The position numbers and the translations under genes are program-made. From the IMG/VR virus record IMGVR_UViG_3300025389_000011: 64,000 bases of DNA, one strand, 5' to 3'. Positions within the stretch are counted from its first letter, which is position 1. Every line of letters begins with the position of its first letter. The notes beneath the pieces are model-generated. The model had not been told where the DNA came from. It was given only the letters and a program-made list of their open reading frames with translations, and did no database searches. Origin of the DNA: a virus. Lineage: Duplodnaviria; Caudoviricetes. Positions 26,673-36,549 of this stretch are shown here, in pieces.

Positions 26673-27806
26673 TTACTTATAGCCTATAAATTGTAAAAAA
26701 TCTTGTACCAATGGTTGATGTGTATTACCACGTCTACCATCAAAGACATTTAACGAATTTATTCCACTTCTTAATAACTCTTTGTCATATGAATCATAGG
26801 TTGTGGATAGCATATGCTCTTTGTAAAGAAACAAGCAACGTTCATAATTTTCATTAACTGGGGTGTCCAATTCGGTCATAACTTTATTGAACACACGTGT
26901 TTTCATATCTACGGATAACAAATCAATTGAAAAATGTTCTGGTACATCTAGTTTACTAACATAGATATTCCATTTTGGATATCTGCGTTGTGCCCAATTG
27001 TAGTATTGTGCGAAATGCAAACAATTCATCCAGCTTAATGTATAGTGACTTCCTATAAAAAAGTTACTGTGTGTTTCAGTTAATTTATAAAATTCATCAC
27101 ATACTTTTTCTAATGTGGTAAAATCATTTCCATATCGCAAATATTCATACTCTTGATTAATACCATCAATACTTAACTGAATGATAACGTTAGAAAACTT
27201 ATCCAAATACTTAAGTATTTTGTCGCTGTATGTGGTACCATTTGTAGTAATACTAATCATGGTATTTTTTGCATAAGATTGTTCGCTTAACCAATCTAAA
27301 AATTCAAAGATAGCAGGATTAATCAATGGTTCACCGCCCAATATGTCTACACGTATTGTTTTGAATGTATTGTTGGCTAGAGTTGTTTTAACAAAATCTA
27401 CTTTCTTAGGAGCTTGTTGTTGCAAACGTGTGTAATACTTTTTATCTTTACCCATTACTCCGTCAGGCCAATCAACAAAAAATTCTTTAATCAATGTTGT
27501 TGAATTTGAAGGAGTGCAGGTAATGCAACCCAAGTTACAAATATTGTCAAATGAAACTGTTAATATCAATTCGTCTGGTTTATCAAATTGTTGTCTATAA
27601 CTATATTGCCCACCTTGATCCTGCTTGATACAATAATCGCAATTATACTCTAAGTCCATTTCACTTAGTTGTTTTCTATAATCATCTGCATCAACTGCAT
27701 CAATATAAGTTTTGAACCAACAGCAAGGTCTGTAGGGTTTTTCTTCATTAGCAATAAAAATACTATTTGTTAGTGCTAGACAATTTTTGTAAGGTGTTAA
27801 ATCCAT
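26673..27806 (-). CDS. N-twitch radical SAM protein (short twitch; duplicate of 25514-26671)
   Basis: NCLA...RPCCWF...CDYC; CNLGCITC; LGGEP. Confidence 0.88.
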   Translation of the reverse strand: MDLTPYKNCLALTNSIFIANEEKPYRPCCWFKTYIDAVDADDYRKQLSEMDLEYNCDYCIKQDQGGQYSYRQQFDKPDELILTVSFDNICNLGCITCTPSNSTTLIKEFFVDWPDGVMGKDKKYYTRLQQQAPKKVDFVKTTLANNTFKTIRVDILGGEPLINPAIFEFLDWLSEQSYAKNTMISITTNGTTYSDKILKYLDKFSNVIIQLSIDGINQEYEYLRYGNDFTTLEKVCDEFYKLTETHSNFFIGSHYTLSWMNCLHFAQYYNWAQRRYPKWNIYVSKLDVPEHFSIDLLSVDMKTRVFNKVMTELDTPVNENYERCLFLYKEHMLSTTYDSYDKELLRSGINSLNVFDGRRGNTHQPLVQDFLQFIGYK

Positions 27807-29080
27807 CCTGATAACTCCGGGAAATTCATGTTAAAGTTTTTATTTCTGCGTTTGTCATACTCATTAACAAACTTACTAAACTGGTCTGTACGCCAATCTC
27901 TGTCTTCTGTTGTCATTGTGTCGTGTCGTGCTTTCCAAAAGTCATAAACCATTTGCCACGTTTCTTCTTCTACATTAGTTACATTATTGTTTTTAATAAA
28001 ATCATTTGTATCATCAAAGTACTTATCGCAATAATCAGGGAGAATTCTTAAATCAAACTGTTTAGGGTCAACAAGTCTTGCACAATTAAACATAATGTCT
28101 ATGCCATCATTGCGTAGTTCAATAACTTTCTGTATAAATGTTTTAAAGTTAAAAATACTCATTAACCCAAACGTTACCATAATACGAATAGGTACATTAA
28201 ATGTTGTACTTACTTTGCGTACAGTATTTTCCCAACGTTCAATATCTAACCCATCACGAATGTACTCAGCTTGTGGGCCCCATGTATCCATGCTTGTATA
28301 TACTTCTAAGCCTTTGATTGTTTTAGCATTTAATAATGTTGTTGCTTTTTCAAAGAACATGTTTAAGTTCTTATCAGGTACACACAAGTTTGTGTTTACA
28401 ACCAATGTTAAGTTGGGGTTATGATTTGTTGCAACAAAGTCTAACAACTTCATAAAGTTGCGAGTTGCAAGTGGTTCACCCCCTGTAATGCGTAGATATT
28501 TTAAGTCTTTGTAAGCATCTGGTAACCACTGCCAAAATGCATCAATATATGGATTGTCATCTTCTAATAACATGTCATGCATTTTGTCTTTGTGTACTGT
28601 AGGGTCTTCAATGGGGTAACTACCATACTTGCGTACTTCTGTTTCCCACTTACTACTTTGTCCAGGACTGCAATAACTGCAACCAAAGTTACACACGTTA
28701 CTAAAACTTAGTTCCAAATAACTGGGATTGATATGTTTATCATAAGGTGCATTGATAATTTCTTCTCTGCGTTCAATAGCATATTGTTCGTTGGTAAAAC
28801 GTTTTCTATCACTAATCACATCTGGATTAATCTTTTCCATGTCAAAACAGTAATAGCATTCGTTAGGTTTTTCACCATTCATCATTTGTCTACGTTGCTC
28901 AATTTTATGTGCGGTGTTGTGCAACATGCTTGGGTCACGTTTTACATCTTCTAAGTTCCAACGATGTATTGGTGGGTGGTAGCAACTGTGATTTTCTCCC
29001 ATACCAAAGTGCATGGTAGCCATTAACCATTTGGCTGAACAAAAACTATCTTTAATCTTATCTGGAATAATTGGTATCAT
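27797..29080 (-). CDS. N-twitch radical SAM protein
   Basis: CSAKW...SCYH...CYYC; CNFGCSYC; ITGGEP. Confidence 0.9.
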   Translation of the reverse strand: MIPIIPDKIKDSFCSAKWLMATMHFGMGENHSCYHPPIHRWNLEDVKRDPSMLHNTAHKIEQRRQMMNGEKPNECYYCFDMEKINPDVISDRKRFTNEQYAIERREEIINAPYDKHINPSYLELSFSNVCNFGCSYCSPGQSSKWETEVRKYGSYPIEDPTVHKDKMHDMLLEDDNPYIDAFWQWLPDAYKDLKYLRITGGEPLATRNFMKLLDFVATNHNPNLTLVVNTNLCVPDKNLNMFFEKATTLLNAKTIKGLEVYTSMDTWGPQAEYIRDGLDIERWENTVRKVSTTFNVPIRIMVTFGLMSIFNFKTFIQKVIELRNDGIDIMFNCARLVDPKQFDLRILPDYCDKYFDDTNDFIKNNNVTNVEEETWQMVYDFWKARHDTMTTEDRDWRTDQFSKFVNEYDKRRNKNFNMNFPELSGWI

Positions 29081-30255
29081 AAAAATTTCTCTAATTCTGG
29101 TATGTAATCATTATATCTTATATTACGTGCATTGTCAACTGCTACAATAAAGTCTTTGGCTTTAGTTAGTAGTTCAGGTTGAAACTCTATGTTAAGTTTA
29201 GCAAACAAATCATTGCGTTGATATTCGGGTAACTTGTCAGCATAGTATTCTTTCAACTCAGTTTTGATATGGTTGGGCAATACTGCTAGACTTAAGTAGT
29301 CTGGGTATAACACATAATTGTGATGTGGGTGTTTGTTGTATTCACTACTTAACCAATCGCTAAACTTGTCTAAGTTATAGATATTGAAAATGCTAACAGT
29401 CTGCGTAACATGCCAGTCTACATTCTTTAGTTTGTTTAGTTTTTTAATACTGTTAAGTGTCTGTTCCCATTTGGTTGGGTAACGAATATAATAGTTGCGT
29501 TCATTCAAGTCATCAATACTTGCGTTGACTGTAACCTTTTTAAAACTTTTCCATAATGCAATTAAGTTGCTGGGAATATCCATCATGTTCAAGCTGTAAA
29601 CCAAATGTACATTTTGTGCAACATCTAACAATATCAATTTCTTTAAGTATTCAAAGTGTGCTTTAATCAATGTAGGTTCACCACCATTGATGTAAATTTC
29701 TTCTACGTCTTTACTGTGTTCTGCTAAGTCTTGATAGAACTCGGGTTTTTCAAACCATTTGAAATTTTCAAGCGGGCGCAATTCGAACCAAGGCAACACT
29801 TTAGCAATTTTCTTTTCATCAGGATACCATTTGCTACTGCTATAACTGTTGCAAGTTAAACAAGCATTGTTACATACATTACCCAATCGTAACTCTACAT
29901 AACGCAAGTCTACGTTTTGTAACTTAGCAGATTTTTCTAGTAAAGGTATAATGTGCGCCCAACGTTCGTTTTCATATTGACGTTTGCTTTTAATGCCCTT
30001 GTCTTCGTCACTCCAACAGCCTTCACACTCAACAGGACGTTGTCCATCTATCATAGCTTGGCGAACTTCAATAAACTTTTTACTGTTCATAATGTCACTA
30101 ACACTATCATTGTCAAGCATAACTAGACTTTGTGTGTCATCTTTCTTTGCCCAACTGATTGCATTTGTATGATTGCTACGGCAACATAGGCTAGCTCCTC
30201 CGTTAGGGTGCGTAGCCAAATGCATCCAGGGTAGTACGCATAATGTATCACTCAT
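29077..30255 (-). CDS. N-twitch radical SAM protein
   Basis: CVLPW...LCC...CEGC; CNNACLTC; INGGEP. Confidence 0.9.
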   Translation of the reverse strand: MSDTLCVLPWMHLATHPNGGASLCCRSNHTNAISWAKKDDTQSLVMLDNDSVSDIMNSKKFIEVRQAMIDGQRPVECEGCWSDEDKGIKSKRQYENERWAHIIPLLEKSAKLQNVDLRYVELRLGNVCNNACLTCNSYSSSKWYPDEKKIAKVLPWFELRPLENFKWFEKPEFYQDLAEHSKDVEEIYINGGEPTLIKAHFEYLKKLILLDVAQNVHLVYSLNMMDIPSNLIALWKSFKKVTVNASIDDLNERNYYIRYPTKWEQTLNSIKKLNKLKNVDWHVTQTVSIFNIYNLDKFSDWLSSEYNKHPHHNYVLYPDYLSLAVLPNHIKTELKEYYADKLPEYQRNDLFAKLNIEFQPELLTKAKDFIVAVDNARNIRYNDYIPELEKFL

Positions 30256-31657
30256 TGTAAATATTATCCCACCATTTTAATAATTCAGGGTTACGACTGT
30301 AAATGTCACGTAGGGTTAACGGATTCTCACGAATTTGCTCTAGTCTTTCTACCCAACCTTTACCGTTTTTAGCACCCTGTTTGTATGTTTCTGGCCACTC
30401 TTCGGCATGTGTTTTACGTGTTTCTTTTAATGCCTTTAAGTTACCAATCAAGGTGTCTTGTTTCCACGTAGCACGTGGTGTAATGTACTCTAAGATATCA
30501 TCTACCATGTCGTTGAGTATAGGACGTGGCCAACTTAATGGTGTCCACATGATATCATTGTGAAAGCCAAACGTTGTTTTAGTTTCAATCTTAACATCTA
30601 ATTCAATACTCAAGTCAAACAAGTCTTTAATTGAAAACATGCCTGGAGCAGTTAGTGTTAAATCAAGAACCATTTTGTCTTTACCATTTGGTAATGCTAG
30701 TCCTTGCTTGAAGTTTTCTAACCACTTGTCCCATTTAATGCCTGTGCGAATGTATTCAACAATTTCACCAGTGCCATCAATACTTGCACACATCATCCAG
30801 TCTTTGTACAATGGAAGATAATCATATAAGTTTTTCTTTCCAAATTGTACACGACTTAAGTTACTGTTATAACGCATGTAACATTTCTCATTACTCCCGT
30901 TATTCAGCATTTCTTCTAATGTCCACCAATGTATATCATACATCAATGGCTCACCACCAACCCAATACATTTCTTCAACAATACCCCTGCGTACCGCATC
31001 CTTAAATTCTGCTTCCACAACATTAACTTGAAAGTCTTGCATGGCACTTTTGATTTCCGGAATCATAAAAGGTTGATTCTTTGGTGTCCACATATCATGT
31101 GTTTTCTTTTCAGTTTCCCATGCGCTACTTAATTGTTCTCCGCACATACGACATTTGAAATTGCATAGATTGCTAAAGCGATAATCGAAACTAATTGGTT
31201 CCATCGTGGTGTAACCATTATCGTCTGTGCTATCAAATGCTTGTTGTATTTTGTCACGGAACAATGCACCGGTAAACCAACCGCGGTAGCTATAACCTTC
31301 CATCAATAGATTTTTGTTGCATACATCACATTGTGGAATCTCTTCGCCACGCATTAACTTAACACGTATGTCACGCATGTATGGACTGTTCCAATGTTCT
31401 TTTAGACTAATAGGCTTATATGCATCAAGTGAAGTACCGCTTTCTTTTACATTGCCATACTTGCTATCATTACTACTGTCAATATATTGTTTTTGAAAGC
31501 TATGTTCTTCACGACTGGCACAACATAATCTGCGTTCGCTTTGTGGGCTTATGTAAGTGTGTGTCCATGGCGCCATGCAAAACACTTTGTTTTTGCTTTC
31601 AGGAGCAGGCTTTGCATTATCTCCCCATATAGGGATTATTCTGTTATTAGTATCCAT
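30248..31657 (-). CDS. N-twitch radical SAM protein
   Basis: CMAPW...LCC...CDVC; CNFKCRMC; VGGEP. Confidence 0.9.
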   Translation of the reverse strand: MDTNNRIIPIWGDNAKPAPESKNKVFCMAPWTHTYISPQSERRLCCASREEHSFQKQYIDSSNDSKYGNVKESGTSLDAYKPISLKEHWNSPYMRDIRVKLMRGEEIPQCDVCNKNLLMEGYSYRGWFTGALFRDKIQQAFDSTDDNGYTTMEPISFDYRFSNLCNFKCRMCGEQLSSAWETEKKTHDMWTPKNQPFMIPEIKSAMQDFQVNVVEAEFKDAVRRGIVEEMYWVGGEPLMYDIHWWTLEEMLNNGSNEKCYMRYNSNLSRVQFGKKNLYDYLPLYKDWMMCASIDGTGEIVEYIRTGIKWDKWLENFKQGLALPNGKDKMVLDLTLTAPGMFSIKDLFDLSIELDVKIETKTTFGFHNDIMWTPLSWPRPILNDMVDDILEYITPRATWKQDTLIGNLKALKETRKTHAEEWPETYKQGAKNGKGWVERLEQIRENPLTLRDIYSRNPELLKWWDNIYNE

Positions 31658-32780
31658 ATTCTATCGCCATTTCTTTGTATTCGGGAAACGCATTAATAAA
31701 TGATTCTTCCCTACGTAAATCAACTTCTTTTAATCTTGCTATTGCCGCTGTCATCAAATTTGATTTATCTTTACTGTTCATAAATAAAACCATTCCCTTC
31801 AATGTATCCATATTAACTTTATTTTTATCAATACTATTAAAATATTTTTCAACACGTGTTTTGATATTTTTAGGTAATACTTGCAAATTAAACAAATCTG
31901 AGTATACTGTATTAAAATTAATTTGTGGTTTATTATCAAAAGAAGCTAGTGCATCAATTATCTTTTCTACATGAAAAACATTTGGCCAAGATATAGTTAC
32001 TGTATACTCTAATTTAACATTTGGCATTAATTGTTTAACTTGTTTAACGTTATTAATAATTGTATCCCATTTTTCTCCATGTCTCCAATATTCGGCAGAA
32101 TCTTCAACTGCATCTATACTTACTCTAAAAATAACATCACTAAAATGTTTCCATTTATCAAAAATGTGTTGGTTCTTAAATGTCAATAGTGATGCATTAC
32201 TGTAATATAACAACTGAGGGTCTAGTTTGTTTTCTATAAGATAATCTAAAAAGTCCCAATGTTGCCATTGTAGTAGAGGCTCTCCTCCACTAAAGGTAAC
32301 TGTTTTTAGATTACTAGCAATTTGCTTTGACTGATTTAATATAAAATTTTCATCTATCCCAGAATAACGTAATACCGGAAACTTCCAATTTAAGTATTTT
32401 TTTTCTTCTGTGGCAATTGGTGAACTGGTATTTGGTATGCACGTTCTGCATTTAGAATTGCATATGTTTGAAAATCTAACTTCTAAGTGAGAAAAATTAT
32501 CTGATTCAAAAATAGTTTTATCAGTTTTTGACAACCAAAATTGTCTATTGCTACCAATATTTTGGTCTATCTCCTCTAAATTATAACATGAATTACATAA
32601 TGGATTTCTAATACCATTTTTCATGTCTGATTTTAATTGTTGTAGTTTTTCGTCTTTCAGATATTCATCAATTGTTTTGACATTGACCATGTTGTTTAAC
32701 GAACAGGGTCCCATTTTGTTGTCCATGTCATAATGAACAGCACCAAAAGCCAATGGACATATATATCTGTTATCGGTCAT
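31647..32780 (-). CDS. N-twitch radical SAM protein
   Basis: CPLAF...GPCS...CNSC; CNSKCRTC; FSGGEP. Confidence 0.88.
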   Translation of the reverse strand: MTDNRYICPLAFGAVHYDMDNKMGPCSLNNMVNVKTIDEYLKDEKLQQLKSDMKNGIRNPLCNSCYNLEEIDQNIGSNRQFWLSKTDKTIFESDNFSHLEVRFSNICNSKCRTCIPNTSSPIATEEKKYLNWKFPVLRYSGIDENFILNQSKQIASNLKTVTFSGGEPLLQWQHWDFLDYLIENKLDPQLLYYSNASLLTFKNQHIFDKWKHFSDVIFRVSIDAVEDSAEYWRHGEKWDTIINNVKQVKQLMPNVKLEYTVTISWPNVFHVEKIIDALASFDNKPQINFNTVYSDLFNLQVLPKNIKTRVEKYFNSIDKNKVNMDTLKGMVLFMNSKDKSNLMTAAIARLKEVDLRREESFINAFPEYKEMAIEYGY

Positions 32781-34309
32781 TGTAAATCTGGGTTAACAAA
32801 CACATCTTTACTAGGATCTTCAGCAGGATGAATTGGAATATACCCTGTACCATCACTATATTGACCTGTTGTGATTTCTGTTTCAGTTGGTAAGTCTGTG
32901 TCAATACTATCGTAAAAGTCTACAAACTCTTGCGGGAATGTATTACGGAAGTCTTTACCTCTACGAATATCATATTGATGGTAGAATTGTTTAAAGTCAC
33001 GTTTGTTTTGCTCAGGGTCTTTAACATTTTTGTGCGGAGTTTTAATAACGTCAAGATAGTCAATCAGTCGTTGTGTTTGCTCACGCTCAATATGCATAAG
33101 AATTGGGCTACCGCCTGTTGTTCTTTCATCTTTTGCAATTTGTTCATCTAACCATACTTGTAGTTTTTCGCTGTACTTTTGACGAACATCCATTGGCAAT
33201 AATGAGCAACTTTGAAAGCTAGGGAAACGTAAGATGTTCAAACTCATTGTTGGATAGTGAGTGTCATGCTTACGCTTAAATGCTAGTATTTCATCCATGA
33301 ACTCAGTAATACTTGCTAAACACAAACTATTGATTGTCATCATAATGTGTGTCTTTTTGATATTACCTTCAGTATGTAAACGTGTTAAATTATGAATCCA
33401 TTTATCCCAAATGAAACCATCACGAATATATTCGCTATGTGCGCCTAAACTTTCTGCGCTAGTGTATACTTCTAAGTGCGGGACAAAGTGACTTAACTCA
33501 ATCAATCTATCCATGATATCATCTTTAGGAACTAAGTTACTGTTAATCGCATAACGCATAACTTTTCCATCTTTACGATTTTTAACACGTTCTTGATTTG
33601 CTTTGAACCATTCGAATAGTTTCCATACGCCCGGAGCCATTAATGGCTCCCCACCTGTAATGCGAATTTCTTCTAAGTTATCTGCAAGACCATCTTCTTG
33701 TTCCCACCAACGCCAAAAGGCTTGAATATATGGGTTAACTTCATCAGGCAATGGCTTTGCGTGGTCTGCCGCATTAACAAAGTGACTACGGGCATCACCA
33801 TCGATGTTACGATATGGGCCATACTTGTGAATGTCTTTTACCCATGTTGTGCTAAAACTAGGGTTACAATAACTGCAACCAAAGTTGCATGTTCTATCAA
33901 AACTAATTTCTAATGTACGCAACATTGTGTTTTCTTGCCAATCTGCTTTGGCAGTTTTTAAAATATGTTCTTCTTCAAATACAGCAGTCTTGTATACGCG
34001 GTCACTGATGTTGTTACGACCAATATCTTCAATCTTCCAGCAGTACTCACACTCTTGTGGACGTGTGCCTTCCTGCATCATTTTACGCATAAGTTTTTTA
34101 TGTGGAGTATTATGAATTGCTGAAGGGTTTTCAATCAATTCATTGGCATCAATTTGATGACCTAATGGGTGGTGACAGCTTGTTGTTTGACCATTACCCA
34201 ACCAAATAGTTGCGTTTAGCCATTTTGCCGCACAATAACTCTCACTAATTGGATCAATCAATCGTGCTTTATACTCTGCAAAACTTTCTGTGTGTTTTTT
34301 ACCTGCCAT
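32777..34309 (-). CDS. N-twitch radical SAM protein
   Basis: CAAKW...SCHH...CEYC; CNFGCSYC; ITGGEP. Confidence 0.9.
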   Translation of the reverse strand: MAGKKHTESFAEYKARLIDPISESYCAAKWLNATIWLGNGQTTSCHHPLGHQIDANELIENPSAIHNTPHKKLMRKMMQEGTRPQECEYCWKIEDIGRNNISDRVYKTAVFEEEHILKTAKADWQENTMLRTLEISFDRTCNFGCSYCNPSFSTTWVKDIHKYGPYRNIDGDARSHFVNAADHAKPLPDEVNPYIQAFWRWWEQEDGLADNLEEIRITGGEPLMAPGVWKLFEWFKANQERVKNRKDGKVMRYAINSNLVPKDDIMDRLIELSHFVPHLEVYTSAESLGAHSEYIRDGFIWDKWIHNLTRLHTEGNIKKTHIMMTINSLCLASITEFMDEILAFKRKHDTHYPTMSLNILRFPSFQSCSLLPMDVRQKYSEKLQVWLDEQIAKDERTTGGSPILMHIEREQTQRLIDYLDVIKTPHKNVKDPEQNKRDFKQFYHQYDIRRGKDFRNTFPQEFVDFYDSIDTDLPTETEITTGQYSDGTGYIPIHPAEDPSKDVFVNPDLQ

Positions 34310-34318
34310 GTGTTTTCC

Positions 34319-35884
34319 TTAATGTTTGGTATACGCTTTAATACATTCTCTCCAGTACCATTTTAGTTCTGGAAATATTTCCATAAAATTTGTTTGCCTA
34401 CGTCTATCGTACTCACTAATAAACATGTAGAAGTTAGTTTTATTTAGTGACACTTGGTCCGCTGGCAAAGATTCTTGCATTATAGCAAGGTCTCGCTTGA
34501 TTTTCAATATCTCATAGGGTTTAAATCCTTCGAATGTTTCCGAATAGTCTTCACCTTGTACGTTGTCTTCCATATATTTCAAACAACGTTCTACTTCTTT
34601 GATACCATATTCTCCTGCATTTTGTATGCTGAACCATGGTGGATAACGTAGAATGGGTATGTCAAAGAATACACGTTGATATTTCTTTTGCTTATAAACT
34701 TTGTGTACAATATTATTTTCTTTTTCAGTTTCAGTTTGTTCGGGTGCGATTGTAAACTCAGTTTGGGCACGTCCACCAAATTCTTCACGTAGTGTTAAAA
34801 TCATTTCTAAAAATTTATGTAAGCTGGGAATGCTTAACATGTTGAATGTATTGATAAAACTAACTGTGCTGTATTTTGTTTCACGTAAAAAGGTACGAAC
34901 ATTGTTCAACAATCTGTCAAACTCTAATCCAGTACGCATATATTCTGCTTGTTCCCCAAATCCATCTAATGATACAAACAACCAAAAGTGCTTGAAGCCT
35001 TTGTCTACATACCAATGATTACCGCTGAACTCATTAAAGTTTTCCTTGTCTTCATATGTACGTAATTCTTCTAGTGCCTTTACTTTTTCTAAAAACTTAT
35101 CAAATAGTTTTTGATCTGGAGGACACATGTTACTTGTTATACTTAATTCAAGTTGACCATGTGGGTTTTCATTTACATAGTCTAATACTTTAAATGTGTT
35201 TTTGTCCATGAGTGGTTCACCGCCGGTCATTCTAAAAACACGTAACTTACGATAAATCTCAGGAAACCATTGCCAAAATGCTTCAACATATGGATTATCT
35301 TTAGCCGCAACCTTAAGTGGCATTAGTCCCTTTTTCTCCAAATGCTCTAAGTTGTTGTGTGTCATGTCAGATAATTTATACCCACCATGTTTTTTAACTT
35401 CTTCTTCCCAACTTGTGCTTAGGTGAGGACTGCAATACATGCACTTGAAATTACATGCTTGATTAAAATTAACCTCTACATAGCGAGGGGTAACATTATA
35501 GTCAAAACTATTTGTTGTTACTTCGTCAAATGTTGGTGCGTTCCACCACTCACTACTGCGATAATGTCTATCACTCATGTGACCTTTGGGGTCATCACTT
35601 TGTGCATCTTCTACTTTCCAACAGTAACTACAACCCTCAGGTCTTTCACCGTTGAGCATTTGTTTGCGTTCATGTATTTTGATAGGTGTATTGTGTAATA
35701 CACTAGGATTATCTTTTAATAACTCTAGTGGAATCTTATGCGTAGGAGGATGGTAACAGCTTTGTGTTAATCCACTTGGCAAGTGTATTGAAACTTGTTG
35801 CCATTTTGCGAGACATAGTGATGGACTGACCGCATTCAAGCGGTCACGCATGTCTCTAGCATATTGGTCGTACTCACCCGACAT
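34319..35884 (-). CDS. N-twitch radical SAM protein
   Basis: CLAKW...SCYH...CSYC; CNFKCMYC; MTGGEP. Confidence 0.9.
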   Translation of the reverse strand: MSGEYDQYARDMRDRLNAVSPSLCLAKWQQVSIHLPSGLTQSCYHPPTHKIPLELLKDNPSVLHNTPIKIHERKQMLNGERPEGCSYCWKVEDAQSDDPKGHMSDRHYRSSEWWNAPTFDEVTTNSFDYNVTPRYVEVNFNQACNFKCMYCSPHLSTSWEEEVKKHGGYKLSDMTHNNLEHLEKKGLMPLKVAAKDNPYVEAFWQWFPEIYRKLRVFRMTGGEPLMDKNTFKVLDYVNENPHGQLELSITSNMCPPDQKLFDKFLEKVKALEELRTYEDKENFNEFSGNHWYVDKGFKHFWLFVSLDGFGEQAEYMRTGLEFDRLLNNVRTFLRETKYSTVSFINTFNMLSIPSLHKFLEMILTLREEFGGRAQTEFTIAPEQTETEKENNIVHKVYKQKKYQRVFFDIPILRYPPWFSIQNAGEYGIKEVERCLKYMEDNVQGEDYSETFEGFKPYEILKIKRDLAIMQESLPADQVSLNKTNFYMFISEYDRRRQTNFMEIFPELKWYWRECIKAYTKH

Positions 35885-36548
35885 TGTATTCCAATAAATT
35901 AAACATTTCTACTAACTTATCATAATCAGCAAAAAATTCTTTAGGAGTTATATTGTATATATTTTTTACCACTTCACCGATTGGCACAGGTTCTATGTCT
36001 TCATACACCAGTGTATTGTCGCAAGGAAATCTATTAAGTTCTAGAATTTTCTTTATAAAATTATTAATTTCACGTATATCATACTTAACTGGTAAAGGCA
36101 TACCAAGTTGCGAAAAAGTATCATATTTGTATTGTCGATTGGTATGCAAAAAAATACAATGTGACATAAAATGATTTATATAGTTTCTTCTATACAATTT
36201 AATTAAATGATAGTTATCATTATACCATTTAAAACTACTAGGATTGCATGAAATCATATCTAATTCTGTATAGACAATTGTGCCAACACTATAACTATCG
36301 TTATTAGCTGTTACTTTTTGTAGTTTTTCAACCATGTTGAAATATGAATATTCATCGTCGGTGCCTTCCACATCAAATCTATCTGTAAAATACTCACCAT
36401 TATCATTATAAGGAATATTACTCTCTGCTAGTCTAGAACCTACTAATGCACGTAGAAAATTAGAACCAGAACGCATAGTTCCAATAATTATTGTGCCTTT
36501 TTTGTTTAAATCAAATAGTTGAGAGTTTAGCACATTTTTAGAATCCAT
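35874..36548 (-). CDS. Sulfotransferase-like protein (Stf0-type P-loop)
   Basis: IIIGTMRSGSNFL (5'-PSB-like loop), LIKLYRRN...FMS (3'-PB-like), LVYED. Confidence 0.65.
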   Translation of the reverse strand: MDSKNVLNSQLFDLNKKGTIIIGTMRSGSNFLRALVGSRLAESNIPYNDNGEYFTDRFDVEGTDDEYSYFNMVEKLQKVTANNDSYSVGTIVYTELDMISCNPSSFKWYNDNYHLIKLYRRNYINHFMSHCIFLHTNRQYKYDTFSQLGMPLPVKYDIREINNFIKKILELNRFPCDNTLVYEDIEPVPIGEVVKNIYNITPKEFFADYDKLVEMFNLLEYNVG

Positions 36549-36549
36549 A

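Noticed and set aside
16881-35884. Assignment of the rSAMs to MoaA, QueE, PqqE, NrdG or anSME, or to a standard RiPP cluster
   Set aside because: No cognate pathway genes, RRE/PqqD, peptidase, transporter or leader-core precursor seen; the twitch domain is on the opposite side.
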